From a virus (Duplodnaviria; Caudoviricetes), in IMG/VR virus record IMGVR_UViG_3300030392_000779, positions 1 to 32,471 of that record: a DNA stretch of 32,471 nt. One strand, given 5' to 3'. The notes under the pieces were generated by a model. That model searched no databases. It saw only the letters and a list, made by a program, of their open reading frames with translations, and was not told the DNA's origin. Numbering within the stretch: position 1 is the first letter of the stretch; each line of letters starts with the position of its first letter. The position numbers were made by a program, and so were the translations under genes. This document shows, in pieces, positions 1 through 9,921 of this stretch.

Positions 1-2303
1 TAAGACGGAGTAAAACCAGTATAAATATATGGACCAAGACCATCTACTGTACCACTGGCACCATTTCCAACATATCCTCCTACTTTACAAACTCCAGGGA
101 CAGACCTAAAGCAATATGCTAATATTAGTTTACCACTATCATTGGTATTAGCACCAGTTCCCACAGTAAAAACATTTGCAGTTGGCGCAGTATCATTAAA
201 AAAAGCAGCACTATCAGCAGCAGCACCGTTAGTATTCCAAATCAAATAGTCTGTTGCTGAAGCTGCTGCGGTACTGGTTATATATTGATGGTAAACTACC
301 CATGATGCTTGCTCTGGTGTTAATTTAAAGAACATCACCTCTGGAATACCACCAAGTCCGTGACCCACTGTTGTTGCAGAACCAGTTCCTGTAAAAGAGA
401 CTGCTGAGAAGTGACCTGCTGCTGAGACAATAGAAGTACTAGCTGTACTTCCAGCAGGAGAAGTAGTACTCCCAGAACCCGTTACTGTTTCCCAATTCCA
501 AGAGACATATGTATTAGTATTAACATTAACATCAGCATTACTGCCTAGTGTAAAACCGTCAGATCCAAAAGCAGTTAAAGATTCAGTATCAGTACCTTGA
601 GCAGCACCTGACCCATCTCCATCTGCACTTGAAGATAGATACTTAGTAGTTCCCCTAACTCTATCAAAAAGCATGTGATCTTTAGAATCTGCTGACCGAT
701 CCTTAACCCAGACAAAACCGGGTTCAAATCCTGTACCTGTGATTGCCAGTCCTCCTGATCCTATGGCTGTACCATTACCTGTGTAAAGAACTGGTTTAAA
801 ATAATCTATTCCTTGATAAGTTGGTTCTACTAGTTGTGTACTGTCGAGCATTACATATCCAGCAGGAACATCGTAATCAAAATCTCCCTTTCCATTATCA
901 TCAGCATTTCCACCAGAACCGGGAGGTAATTCACCAAAATTTACTTCCCAGGTTTTAGTTGTAGTACCGCCAGCGGTGCCAAAAAAGGGTATCCAATTAC
1001 CAGATGTAATACTTGATTGAATATTATTTGTACCATCAGTAAAATTTGGAGTTCCATTAATGTATGTTCCACTAACATGAAAAAAAGCCCAGTTATTGTC
1101 TAAATCAACTGCCCAGCCTATTGTTGCAGATGTCTGCTCTGCAATGGAACCAGTGTATGCAGTAGCCGTATTATCTAGTGTTCTAATTGTATTATTATCA
1201 GTATAGAATGCTAAATTTCCTGTAGCTGCGAAATAAACTCTGCCAGCAGTATTGTTATCAGCATTATAAATTCCACAGATTAAAGCTTGGCTTCCATTTG
1301 TTAAAGCACCTGTGAACTTAGCTTCCCAATAGAATTTCTTTCCTTCCACCAATGGTAGAATTGATCCAGCTTGACTAGCCCAACCAGTATTTCCATGTGC
1401 CGCAAGTTTGCTACCTCCTACACTTAACACAGGTGGTTCATCTCCTATACTTGCAGGATCAAGATGTGCAGTTAGAAAGCTAGGAGAATTTGAACTTTGT
1501 TGAGTAGCAGCAACTGTACCATTATTGGTAAAGGTATTAGGGTTAGAACTTGAGTCTAATCCGGGAGTTCCGGAGTTAGCAAAGGTTAAGATAGCACTGT
1601 TAGTATGAGTAGAAGACTTAGTAGCTCCAACGAGAGATTCCATATCTGCATTACTCTTAGGAAAAAACTGAGAACCATTTGTTCCAAATGTACCAGCATT
1701 TAAAAAATCTGTGATAGCATAGTCATCATCTTGTATAGATTTATCATCTAGGAAAATACTTTGAGCGAAAGAACCCGTAAAATGATCGGCTTGATAAATT
1801 CGACCTACTTCATAATTAGTCTTATCACTAAAGGAAGTAGACATACTCCCTCTGCCATCAGTCCCGTTCCAACTAGTTACTTCTATTCCATTCAAATATA
1901 ACTTAGCTTTAGCAGTGCCAGATTGTGCTAGGTCAAAACTAGCTAAAACATGATACCATGCACTATCACGAATTAGAGCTTCTGTTTTTGAAACACCTGC
2001 TGTGGCATTGCACTGAATAACTAATCTGCCAGTAGCCTCTACATAAATACCTGTATTTGCTGTATTAGCTGTACCACTTCCTAACATCATTAAAGCTTCT
2101 TTGGTTCCTAAAGAAAGAAGTTGAAACCAAGTTGCCATGATTACTTTAGTTGTTGAATGAGTTACAGCAGAACCACCAGCAGTTGCAAAACTGAAGTAAT
2201 CATCAGAACCATCTAGCCAGACAGAATTTGGAACAAGAGTTGTTTCAAACTCTGCTGCTGCTGCTGCTGCTCCCCCTCCAAATCCTAGTGATCTAAAAGT
2301 CAT
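1..2303 (-). CDS. Tail fibre / lectin-like virion protein (LamG/ConA-like + SPRY-like domains), 3'-truncated by the window edge
   Basis: Missing from the ORF track because it runs off the edge. ATG at 2303 (MTFRSLGFGGGAAAAAEFETTLVPNSVWLDGSDDY...), open to position 1. LamG-like 'RDSAWYHVLASFD...KLYLNGIEV', SPRY-like 'GKKFYWEAK...IGWAVDLDNN', then 'YFKPVLYTGNG...GFEPGFVWVKDR' typical of marine phage fibre proteins. Confidence 0.75.
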   Translation of the reverse strand, partial: MTFRSLGFGGGAAAAAAEFETTLVPNSVWLDGSDDYFSFATAGGSAVTHSTTKVIMATWFQLLSLGTKEALMMLGSGTANTANTGIYVEATGRLVIQCNATAGVSKTEALIRDSAWYHVLASFDLAQSGTAKAKLYLNGIEVTSWNGTDGRGSMSTSFSDKTNYEVGRIYQADHFTGSFAQSIFLDDKSIQDDDYAITDFLNAGTFGTNGSQFFPKSNADMESLVGATKSSTHTNSAILTFANSGTPGLDSSSNPNTFTNNGTVAATQQSSNSPSFLTAHLDPASIGDEPPVLSVGGSKLAAHGNTGWASQAGSILPLVEGKKFYWEAKFTGALTNGSQALICGIYNADNNTAGRVYFAATGNLAFYTDNNTIRTLDNTATAYTGSIAEQTSATIGWAVDLDNNWAFFHVSGTYINGTPNFTDGTNNIQSSITSGNWIPFFGTAGGTTTKTWEVNFGELPPGSGGNADDNGKGDFDYDVPAGYVMLDSTQLVEPTYQGIDYFKPVLYTGNGTAIGSGGLAITGTGFEPGFVWVKDRSADSKDHMLFDRVRGTTKYLSSSADGDGSGAAQGTDTESLTAFGSDGFTLGSNADVNVNTNTYVSWNWETVTGSGSTTSPAGSTASTSIVSAAGHFSAVSFTGTGSATTVGHGLGGIPEVMFFKLTPEQASWVVYHQYITSTAAASATDYLIWNTNGAAADSAAFFNDTAPTANVFTVGTGANTNDSGKLILAYCFRSVPGVCKVGGYVGNGASGTVDGLGPYIYTGFTPS

Positions 2304-2308
2304 GGTAA

Positions 2309-4489
2309 TTATGTATCCGTTGCTGCATTTGATTGATAGTATATCTTGATGCCGACTAATCTTGCATCACCCGACATATCATCATTTCCATCACTTACAT
2401 CTCGAAGGATTTGACAGAAAAGAAGATCATTTGTAGCACCTGAACAAGCTATGTCTCCACTTGTGGCACTTACCATTAATTCTGAAGCTGATCCTTGAGA
2501 ATCGTCCTGAACAACAACTGCTGTTCCATAAGCTACGTTAATATCTTCATTATCATTAAGAGCTTTTACCTGTAGTGCCCACGCAACTCCTGTTGTAGCA
2601 GCAATTCCTATCCAGTATGCTTGGAACTGAATATTTCCACCATCCCAAGATTTAGGCATAGCCACACTGAACTGAGCATGTTCATCTGAATCTTTGTCAA
2701 AATCTAAAACTTGAAGATCAGGACCGCTATTACCACCTGAATCTACAGATGTGATGTCAGCACAAGGATTTGTAGCTGCTGGACGCATAGCTTGAGCTGG
2801 AACCCAAATTGTCTCCGTACCGACTGTTTTTATCTTTGCACTATTTACCGTTGCTGCTGCTGTGGCAAGATTTACAAGACCATTTGCAGCAATAGAGATT
2901 GCACCAGCAGTTGTAGCAGATCCAAGCGTACCCGTATCTTTAATTTGAATATTGGAATTAAATGTTGCATCTCCAGCCGCTGACATATCCAAAGTTAAAG
3001 CTGTAACAGGTGATCCGCCATCATTGCCCTGAAAGACCACATCTTTGTCGCTAACTAATGATTTTACTGTCAAATTATCACTAGCCATACTTACATGACC
3101 GACATTGGTACTTCCGTCTTTAAAGATAACTTCCTCTCCTGCTGCATCCAGTAGTATATCCCCTGCAACATCCAGTGTTAAATCTCCAGAAGATAGATCA
3201 ATCTCTGTTCCGTCAATAGTGATATTATCAACGACTACTCCAGCATTTGCCGTAACTACCCCATTGAAAGCTGCCGCTCCTGCTGCACTTCCATCCAATG
3301 TTAGAAAGGTTGTATCAACACTTCCATCCGTACCCTTAAAGATAATATCAGTATCATCCCCCTGTGCATCAACTGTTATATTTCCCGTGGATGTGGTGAA
3401 GTTAACTGCTGCGTCACCCGCCGCTATATCATCAGCCGCTGTAGCAGAAGTTACGTATGTCTTCATGGCAGATGCGGGAACACTCTTCATCGTTCCACCA
3501 TCATTCATGATAACACCATCACCATTAACAATTGTGATAGACCCTCCAACAGATGTACCGCCATCAAGAAGATTGAGTTCAGCAGCAGTTGAAGTTACAA
3601 CTGTACCAGCCAGAGCTAAACCATTTGTCCCATCGTGTGAGGCAATATCAAAGTTATAGGCACCGTCTCCAAATGTTGTGTTACCAGTAAGTATAAATTT
3701 ATCTGTACCGTCTTCATCATACTCAAGTGATATATCTTTACCTGTACCAAAGTACAACTTCTTATCATCAGCAATCGTAACGTCACCGCCACTAATTAGT
3801 AAAGCATCAATTCCATCTTCATCATATTCAAGAGACACATCCTTGCCAGTACCAAAGTACAACTTCTTGTCGTCTGCAATCGTAACGTCACCGCCAGCGA
3901 TTAACAGCGTATCTATACCGTCCTCATCGTACTCTATGGATACATCCTTGCCAGTGCCAAAGTATAATTTCTTATCATCTGCAATGGTGACATCGCCACC
4001 ACCAATCAACAGTGTATCTATACCGTCCTCATCGTACTCTATGGATACGTCTTTCCCAGTGCCAAAATACAGCTTCTTATCATCTGCAATGGTGACATCG
4101 CCACCAGCGATTAACAGGGTATCAATACCATCCTCATCGTACTCTATGGTTATATTTTCATCTGTTCCAAATATAAGTTTTTTATCGTCAATTATTTGCA
4201 CATCATCAGAAAATCTAAATTGATCTTCATCTTCCATCCATGAAAGTACACCGTCATTGCTATTTGCATTAAATGTAAGAACTATATCTGTATCGTTTCC
4301 ACCGCCTATTGTTATGGCGTCAGCAAGAAGTGCAGCTATTGCACCACCTTCCCCAGCAGTTCCATCATGGCTGTGACCACTTGTCCCAAAGGCACTCAGA
4401 ATTGCATCAAATTCATTATTGGAATCTGAAGCGTCGATGGTATCTCCATCACTAAATGAACTCTGTCTTGCACTGTAAGCTGTACCCAT
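2309..4489 (-). CDS. Tail fibre protein with internal 35-aa repeats
   Basis: 726 aa, G/D/T/A-rich. Podoviral fibre-type N-terminus (YSARQSSFSDGDTI..NEFDAI..GHSHDG). Lies directly downstream of the tail nozzle gene. Confidence 0.75.
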   Translation of the reverse strand: MGTAYSARQSSFSDGDTIDASDSNNEFDAILSAFGTSGHSHDGTAGEGGAIAALLADAITIGGGNDTDIVLTFNANSNDGVLSWMEDEDQFRFSDDVQIIDDKKLIFGTDENITIEYDEDGIDTLLIAGGDVTIADDKKLYFGTGKDVSIEYDEDGIDTLLIGGGDVTIADDKKLYFGTGKDVSIEYDEDGIDTLLIAGGDVTIADDKKLYFGTGKDVSLEYDEDGIDALLISGGDVTIADDKKLYFGTGKDISLEYDEDGTDKFILTGNTTFGDGAYNFDIASHDGTNGLALAGTVVTSTAAELNLLDGGTSVGGSITIVNGDGVIMNDGGTMKSVPASAMKTYVTSATAADDIAAGDAAVNFTTSTGNITVDAQGDDTDIIFKGTDGSVDTTFLTLDGSAAGAAAFNGVVTANAGVVVDNITIDGTEIDLSSGDLTLDVAGDILLDAAGEEVIFKDGSTNVGHVSMASDNLTVKSLVSDKDVVFQGNDGGSPVTALTLDMSAAGDATFNSNIQIKDTGTLGSATTAGAISIAANGLVNLATAAATVNSAKIKTVGTETIWVPAQAMRPAATNPCADITSVDSGGNSGPDLQVLDFDKDSDEHAQFSVAMPKSWDGGNIQFQAYWIGIAATTGVAWALQVKALNDNEDINVAYGTAVVVQDDSQGSASELMVSATSGDIACSGATNDLLFCQILRDVSDGNDDMSGDARLVGIKIYYQSNAATDT
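3680..4204 (-). repeat. Five tandem 105-bp (35-aa) coding repeats in the tail fibre
   Basis: Unit DVTIADDKKLYFGTGKDVSIEYDEDGIDTLLIAGG, residues about 96-270. Middle copies are nearly identical in protein but show synonymous differences. Confidence 0.95.
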
Positions 4490-4494
4490 TGTTT

Positions 4495-5991
4495 TTACAT
4501 CCTTGTTCCGGGGGTAAATTCTAGTTGAAAACCTTTAAGTGTTACTGGAGGATTGCTGGAAGTATCGTCTATTTTCACAACCGCTGTAAATCCACTTCCC
4601 TCAATTGATTGACGCACAATGGGAAAACCATCTGAGCCATAAGTAGCTGTACCGTATGCTCCTGATCCGTAGATAGCTTGCGTACTTTGTGTGGAAAGAG
4701 TATAGTTAGCAGGTTGGGGTGTGTCCGGATCTTCAAAATCAAACTTTACACCAAGAGCTAAACTTACCGCTCCTTCCGCATCGTAGTTTACATTTATACG
4801 TTGCATATTCTTACGAATACCTGCATCTCCAAGCGTCAAATCAGGTGAACGATAACTTGCAGCAATATTTGTACCAGAAAAAGTATTTCCACTTTCTTGC
4901 TTGTATACGTACCCGTCAAACCCGCCATGAACAATTGTCTCAATGTTGCTTATAAAATCAGAGTCGGCACAGGAAGGCTTAACTCCTTTTGTTTCTGCCC
5001 ATTCCCAGCCAACTTGTCCTTGAGGATTTGCTTTAATAACTCCAATTATACCTTCACTTGAAACTTCTGTGCCACCACTTGTAGGTCGAAAAAGTCTATA
5101 TTGGCTTTTTTCACGAATAACAACAGAACTTATACGATCAAGAGATATACTTTCAAATCTCTTCTGTATTGGTTTTGAAATTGCACCAAGCTCAACGTCA
5201 CCGATACGAGCAGTACCCTGCACAGTACGAACACCATCTGGACCAAGAAATACAAGATCACCTCCTATTTCCTGAATACTGAATCCGTCAAGACAGCCAA
5301 GACGACGGGAAACAAGAGATATTGCAAAGTTGGCAGTACCTGTCCCTTCCAGTTTAAAAATACGATCCCGACAGAAGACAAAAAGACTATCACGAAACAC
5401 TTTAAGTCCAGTTATGTCATCATCGACTTTTATTGTCCCCGCTCCGCTTCCACTTGCATAGTTATCCTCATCAAAGGGGACAGAGAAGGTGAGCTGTTGG
5501 GGTGTTCCGGACATTCCTGCAAAAAACATATGATTTTGATAAGATGCAACATACTGGGCATTGGTTGGTACACCAGTGGCACTCACAGTTGAAATTGAAG
5601 TTCCCGATATAATTCTAGGATTATTTGCTCCATTGACCATAATGAGCTTTTCGGTATTTTCGTAGTTGTATCTTTCAAAGCTGCAACGTCCAGAAGAGGT
5701 TAACCCAGTTTCCATATTGGTCCAAGATCCACCTGTTCCATATGCAATTGTTCCATTTGAAACAGCATATACGCGATCACCATAAATAGCAACGCCTTGA
5801 ACAGTATTTGAGCCACTGACTTGAGAAGATGAATACTTCGCTGTACCACTTAACCTCCTGTAACCACCTCTTACTGATGGTTCAAAATTACGCAACGTAG
5901 TTGCTGCTCCGGGCGGCATGGAATACACATCTTGGTCAAGCATAAGACCGCCGGATGTTGTAACAATACTTGAGGTAATTTCTTGTGTCAT
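4495..5991 (-). CDS. Tail nozzle / stabilisation protein (tail tubular protein B-like, beta-propeller)
   Basis: 498 aa, beta-rich with propeller-like blades (ITGLKVFRDSLFVFCRDRIFKL; GCLDGFSIQEIGGDLVFLGPDGVR). Sits between adaptor and fibre. Confidence 0.65.
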   Translation of the reverse strand: MTQEITSSIVTTSGGLMLDQDVYSMPPGAATTLRNFEPSVRGGYRRLSGTAKYSSSQVSGSNTVQGVAIYGDRVYAVSNGTIAYGTGGSWTNMETGLTSSGRCSFERYNYENTEKLIMVNGANNPRIISGTSISTVSATGVPTNAQYVASYQNHMFFAGMSGTPQQLTFSVPFDEDNYASGSGAGTIKVDDDITGLKVFRDSLFVFCRDRIFKLEGTGTANFAISLVSRRLGCLDGFSIQEIGGDLVFLGPDGVRTVQGTARIGDVELGAISKPIQKRFESISLDRISSVVIREKSQYRLFRPTSGGTEVSSEGIIGVIKANPQGQVGWEWAETKGVKPSCADSDFISNIETIVHGGFDGYVYKQESGNTFSGTNIAASYRSPDLTLGDAGIRKNMQRINVNYDAEGAVSLALGVKFDFEDPDTPQPANYTLSTQSTQAIYGSGAYGTATYGSDGFPIVRQSIEGSGFTAVVKIDDTSSNPPVTLKGFQLEFTPGTRM

Positions 5992-7046
5992 GGTGATGTG
6001 TTATATAACCTCATTCCAGCAGGATAGAAATAATCCTTTGTATTTATAAGTTCAATCCTCATACGAGAAAGACCCTCTTTATAGTCTTTTTCCGAGAGTT
6101 GTGCGGCAGGTATGTTTGCACGTAAAATGTGACAGTAATACTTACCTCTATTTACAATGACATCATCGTATCGGGAAGGCAGATCAGGGCTATCGCCATG
6201 CACACTTAAATCTGTATGAGTTTTGTAATATTCATAGCGAACACTAATAGTACCACGATCTGGTATTGGTGTTAAACCGTACTTATCATCGAATGTTTCA
6301 TATACGTATTGTGGTATACCAAATTGATCAGAATCTGTTGGATTTAAATCACGATCAGAAAACTTATCCAGCCACTCATTGTACGATAGAAAAGTTAATT
6401 TCTTTGGTGCCATATTTTCTGATACTTCTACATTGTCCACATCATAATTAGCAGATGCGGAATTTAGAAAACCAACATAAGTTGTAGTAGTGGTTGCAGA
6501 GAAAGTAACGGTGTGGAACTGTCCGTCTCCAAGATTATCGATGGAGAGGGTTTGTGTGGATATTTGTGTTCCACCTGATCCTGTACCAATGTTTAAAGTA
6601 ATATCGCCGCCAAAGGTTCGACAGCGAAGAACGTACTCTTTATTTACCACAGTACTAAAGGACTGTTCTGCTCCCGCAGCATTAAGTCTCAATCTTTCTG
6701 AAGCATTGGCAGGAGTACCAGTTGTTGTACTCCAGCTAGTAATATTTGAGGTAAATGTACCGTTGGTTATCAGATCACTGGGTAAAAGAACAAATGTATT
6801 CATATTGGCTTTTCGTGCATCACTTTGAAAACCATATTCCTGTGTTCCTGCTGTTAATGAATCCGTTTGATCACTGTGTATAAACGGCCATTCAACTTCA
6901 GAATTATAAACATCGTGGATACTTTTATTCACCATATTTTTTGCAACAGTCTGTATACCTCTTGAACTGGTAAAAGTACCAGAAGTAAGTTCCGGTTCAT
7001 TAAGTTCATTCAGTATCCGGTTTGTTAAAACAAGAAATGTAGCCAT
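5988..7046 (-). CDS. Head-tail adaptor / tail tubular protein A-like, with an inserted carbohydrate-binding-like domain
   Basis: N-terminal 'TFLVLTNRILNELNE...EWPF...LTAGTQEY' and C-terminal 'GIPQY...PIPD...YEYY...PSRYDDVI' adaptor pattern. ATGA-type overlap with the nozzle gene. Confidence 0.6.
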   Translation of the reverse strand: MATFLVLTNRILNELNEPELTSGTFTSSRGIQTVAKNMVNKSIHDVYNSEVEWPFIHSDQTDSLTAGTQEYGFQSDARKANMNTFVLLPSDLITNGTFTSNITSWSTTTGTPANASERLRLNAAGAEQSFSTVVNKEYVLRCRTFGGDITLNIGTGSGGTQISTQTLSIDNLGDGQFHTVTFSATTTTTYVGFLNSASANYDVDNVEVSENMAPKKLTFLSYNEWLDKFSDRDLNPTDSDQFGIPQYVYETFDDKYGLTPIPDRGTISVRYEYYKTHTDLSVHGDSPDLPSRYDDVIVNRGKYYCHILRANIPAAQLSEKDYKEGLSRMRIELINTKDYFYPAGMRLYNTSP

Positions 7047-7065
7047 TATTTGTCCTTTGTATTGT

Positions 7066-7103
7066 AAGAATACAGTGTGAAGAAGCGCTTCTCCACACTG
7101 TAT
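7066..7103 (-). terminator. Strong hairpin between capsid/decoration genes and tail genes (probable attenuating terminator)
   Basis: Minus strand TACAGTGTGGAGAA-GCGC-TTCTTCACACTGTA (14-bp stem with one G-U) followed by a weak TTCTT tract. Confidence 0.5.
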
Positions 7104-7115
7104 ATTTCTTATTTA

Positions 7116-7589
7116 TTAGGCGAAGGTAACCTTCTGCGCCTGACTGCCACCAAGATCATCGTAGTGAGCAGCAATAGCCCAAACACGGATAACCGCATTT
7201 ATAGCTCCTGTTGCAACAACCACGTCAATAGTGTCAGCGGCAATATAGTTACCAGTCCCTATTTGTGTAGTACCCATGCTTGCCGCACCAGCAAAAGCAC
7301 GTTGAGGTACTAGGTTTGTGTTAGCAATAGTTTGTGCCGTAATGTAGCGATCAACATCTGCTCCATCTCCAAGCGATACTGTTCCGCTGTTCCCAGCAGT
7401 GTCAGCAGTCATCACTTCGATACCAGTAGAAACAACCCACGTATTCGCGGGAAGTTCGATACATTCAAACACATCGTTTGCAACGTTAGTTGTAGAACTG
7501 AAATCCACAACCACGCTGAGTAGTTTAACATCGACAGCATTGGAAGAAACACCAGTGCTGCCACCACCTGAAATAGTGTATGTAGCCAT
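7116..7589 (-). CDS. Putative capsid decoration / minor capsid protein
   Basis: 157 aa, beta-rich, immediately after the major capsid gene. SD AAAGGAG upstream. Confidence 0.55.
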   Translation of the reverse strand: MATYTISGGGSTGVSSNAVDVKLLSVVVDFSSTTNVANDVFECIELPANTWVVSTGIEVMTADTAGNSGTVSLGDGADVDRYITAQTIANTNLVPQRAFAGAASMGTTQIGTGNYIAADTIDVVVATGAINAVIRVWAIAAHYDDLGGSQAQKVTFA

Positions 7590-7607
7590 TTTCTAGTACT
7601 CCTTTCC

Positions 7608-8552
7608 TTAACTATCTAGATCCATCAAGCCTTTGAATACGGCCTTGAAGCCTGTGCCGCTGCCCTTAAGAACTTTACGTCCAAAAACGTGAAGTCCACG
7701 AACAACATCAGCAAAGCTATCAGGGTCGCGTATCACTTCTGTTTTAGCAATATGAGAAGCAGTAACAACTGCACTCTTATGCCCGAACAGAATCACGGCG
7801 TGACCGGAAGTTGCAGACGAACCGAATGTATGTGCCGCCGCTGAACCCACTGATGAGACAACGAGTGCATTGCTTTGGTACATATCGAAACCGTGCAATG
7901 GACGATCAGTAACTTTACCGTTAAGCAAAGCACTTGACCCGACTACGGACGTATCCATAATCTTAGAGGAAGCTCCACGGAGAACTTCGTAGAACTTGGG
8001 CGGTGCCACAAGCCAGCGATTTTCTTCGGGAACATCGTTCTCATCCAAGTTACGAGCTGCTTGAGCAACAAGGTCGGCAACCTCATCACCTGTATTTGCA
8101 GACGTAGCTTGAGTCGCAATGGTTCCAGTTGGAGTAGCAGCGTTATCATAAATGTCTTTAAGAACATTATAATCATACGCTTTCTTCAAAGTGTACGCAC
8201 CGGATGAAGTGGCAAGCGCCTCAAAATTGAGGTGACTGTGCCTCTCTTCGATGTCGTCTACTTTAAAGGCAAAATAATTGCCTTGATCAACAGTCAATTG
8301 GATCTGATCGTCTGATAGATCTTCAGTGTTGACTGTCGTACCACGAGCATACGAGCGAACCGTAATGGAAGGCTCTTTGATGATGTTCACGGTATCGCCA
8401 AAGTTCTCAATTTCACCAGCATAATCGGTATTGGTAACAGCTTCAGCTACCGATGCACGACGGAAAAACTTGAGAACCTTTTGGCTATAGATGGTAGGTA
8501 CGAAGTTACCTGACGGTAAGTTCTGATACCCACCTGCGCGAGTAAAAGCCAT
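7608..8552 (-). CDS. Major capsid protein (HK97 fold, SIO1/HMO-2011-like type)
   Basis: 314 aa with 'NLPSGNFVPTIYSQKVL..ITNTDY.GEI..GDTV.IIKEP' type N-terminus and 'RDPDSFADVVRGLHVFGRKVL' C-terminus. SD AAAGGAG. Follows the scaffold gene. Confidence 0.85.
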   Translation of the reverse strand: MAFTRAGGYQNLPSGNFVPTIYSQKVLKFFRRASVAEAVTNTDYAGEIENFGDTVNIIKEPSITVRSYARGTTVNTEDLSDDQIQLTVDQGNYFAFKVDDIEERHSHLNFEALATSSGAYTLKKAYDYNVLKDIYDNAATPTGTIATQATSANTGDEVADLVAQAARNLDENDVPEENRWLVAPPKFYEVLRGASSKIMDTSVVGSSALLNGKVTDRPLHGFDMYQSNALVVSSVGSAAAHTFGSSATSGHAVILFGHKSAVVTASHIAKTEVIRDPDSFADVVRGLHVFGRKVLKGSGTGFKAVFKGLMDLDS

Positions 8553-8575
8553 CTTAGTCTCTCCTTTGTTAAGAG

Positions 8576-9427
8576 TTACAGAGTATCAACAACACGTCCT
8601 TCTCTAGACGCAGCGTCGATATCCTTTTCAAATTTTTCAAATTCCCACGGTTTTAAGCGGGAGATTTCATCCACAGTCCAGATTTTTTTATCTGATCCTA
8701 TTGTATCTAAGCCTCTGTTTGATGCTGTTCTCGTGACAGCTTCCGCTGCACGTTTGTTACGTTTAGAACCAGATCTAGACTTAGTGGTTGTTTGACCGAC
8801 ATCAGCTTTGTACAGATCTATCACTCTTGCGGCCCAACGAACATCAGTATTATTGTGATAAACACCGTCTGAGATGCTTGTTGGTTGTTCTTCAAGCCAA
8901 GTAATAAAATTCTCGTCAGTTTTAAGGTCTTCAAAATCAGGATGCATCGAAAGAAGTTGTTTTTCCGCTGTTGCGCGTTCAGCTTCCACTTCTTTTTCTT
9001 TCAAATTTTCAAGACGCTCTTCTACTTCCTGTATTCTATCATTAGCTTTTAGTGAAGAGATTGTTTCGACCACATCATATACGTCCGGATACTGACTACG
9101 GAAGTTTTCAAGTTCTTCCGCTGTTTTTGGAAGCTCTTCAATACGGGGAGTGGGTTGTTGTGTCATCTTGACTTTAGCTTCAAGAATTTCACGGTTTTGC
9201 TTCCACTCATTTAACTTTGTATCGTAGTGCCTTTTAAGATCGTCGTATCGTTTCTTATAATCGTGATCTTCTTTTTGAATGACTCCGTTTGTAAGACGTG
9301 GAGTAGCTGCCTCTTCTACGGCAGGGTCCAGTGTATCTTCATCTGGATCATTCAAGTGCCTTCTATACTCATTTTCGTATGGGGTAGGCTCAAGTTGTTC
9401 TTCTGTACTTTCTTGTGTATCAGTCAT
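8576..9427 (-). CDS. Capsid scaffolding protein
   Basis: 283 aa, acidic coiled-coil (YKKRYDDLKRHY...FRSQYPDVY...HPDF...IDLYK...EIDAASREGRV-type end). Directly upstream of MCP; SD AAAGGAG. Confidence 0.75.
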   Translation of the reverse strand: MTDTQESTEEQLEPTPYENEYRRHLNDPDEDTLDPAVEEAATPRLTNGVIQKEDHDYKKRYDDLKRHYDTKLNEWKQNREILEAKVKMTQQPTPRIEELPKTAEELENFRSQYPDVYDVVETISSLKANDRIQEVEERLENLKEKEVEAERATAEKQLLSMHPDFEDLKTDENFITWLEEQPTSISDGVYHNNTDVRWAARVIDLYKADVGQTTTKSRSGSKRNKRAAEAVTRTASNRGLDTIGSDKKIWTVDEISRLKPWEFEKFEKDIDAASREGRVVDTL

Positions 9428-9445
9428 ATTGATCTCCTTTATCTC

Positions 9446-9517
9446 CGGGGCCGAAAATATTCGGGTAGCCGTGCGGAGGAGTAGTTAGATGCGGGGCCGA
9501 AAGTATTCGGGTAGCCG
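9446..9517 (-). promoter_or_regulatory. Twin hairpin cis-element in the scaffold 5' leader
   Basis: Two 26-nt copies (9446-9471 and 9492-9517, 25/26 identical), minus strand CGGCUACCCGAAUA(C/U)UUUCGGCCCCG. Each folds as an internal-loop hairpin just upstream of the SD. Confidence 0.6.
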
Positions 9518-9534
9518 CTCGGTAATGAAGCGTT

Positions 9535-9921
9535 TTAATAGCTCCAAACTGTTGGTCTTGGACGCCCCTTCGCCGGGGGCATGTTGTCCAAGTGTATAAA
9601 TCTTCCATTCATTATGCCATTTTGCTTAATGCCAATTCCTGTCATTCCGTTATTTTGGGCGCATCTAATCAGGTCAAATGCGTCTTCCAAGAAAACAGCT
9701 ATATCTACAGCGCGACCATGCAGGTGCGGTGAACCTTCTGCACCGCCAATCTTAGCATTGTATTCAGATTCACGATAACCGGATGTAACGTGCATGGGGC
9801 GATCAAATTCTTCTCGTGTTGAGATGAGTATATTCATAAAGTCTTCGTCCATGCGGCATTCTTCACAGCCGCACTTGCACTGAAGTTCTTCTTTTGTGAA
9901 ATATTCCCAATTCTGTGTCAT
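9535..9921 (-). CDS. Peptidase M15 family (Zn D-Ala-D-Ala/L-Ala-D-Glu type) endolysin-like protein
   Basis: Motifs YF..EEL.CKCG, TSGYR, SxHxxGxAxD (SPHLHGRAVD) and FIHLD. Confidence 0.85.
   Translation of the reverse strand: MTQNWEYFTKEELQCKCGCEECRMDEDFMNILISTREEFDRPMHVTSGYRESEYNAKIGGAEGSPHLHGRAVDIAVFLEDAFDLIRCAQNNGMTGIGIKQNGIMNGRFIHLDNMPPAKGRPRPTVWSY

Noticed and set aside
2792-4223. Plus-strand ORFs of 63-184 aa
   Set aside because: Antisense shadows of the tail fibre gene (Ser/Pro-rich mirror of Asp/Gly codons).
1-4489. Diversity-generating retroelement targeting the fibre genes
   Set aside because: No reverse transcriptase and no template/variable repeat pair with adenine-specific differences were seen in the window.
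9420-9608. 62-aa ORF across the scaffold leader
   Set aside because: Overlaps the M15 gene out of frame and lacks an SD. The region is better explained by the twin hairpins.
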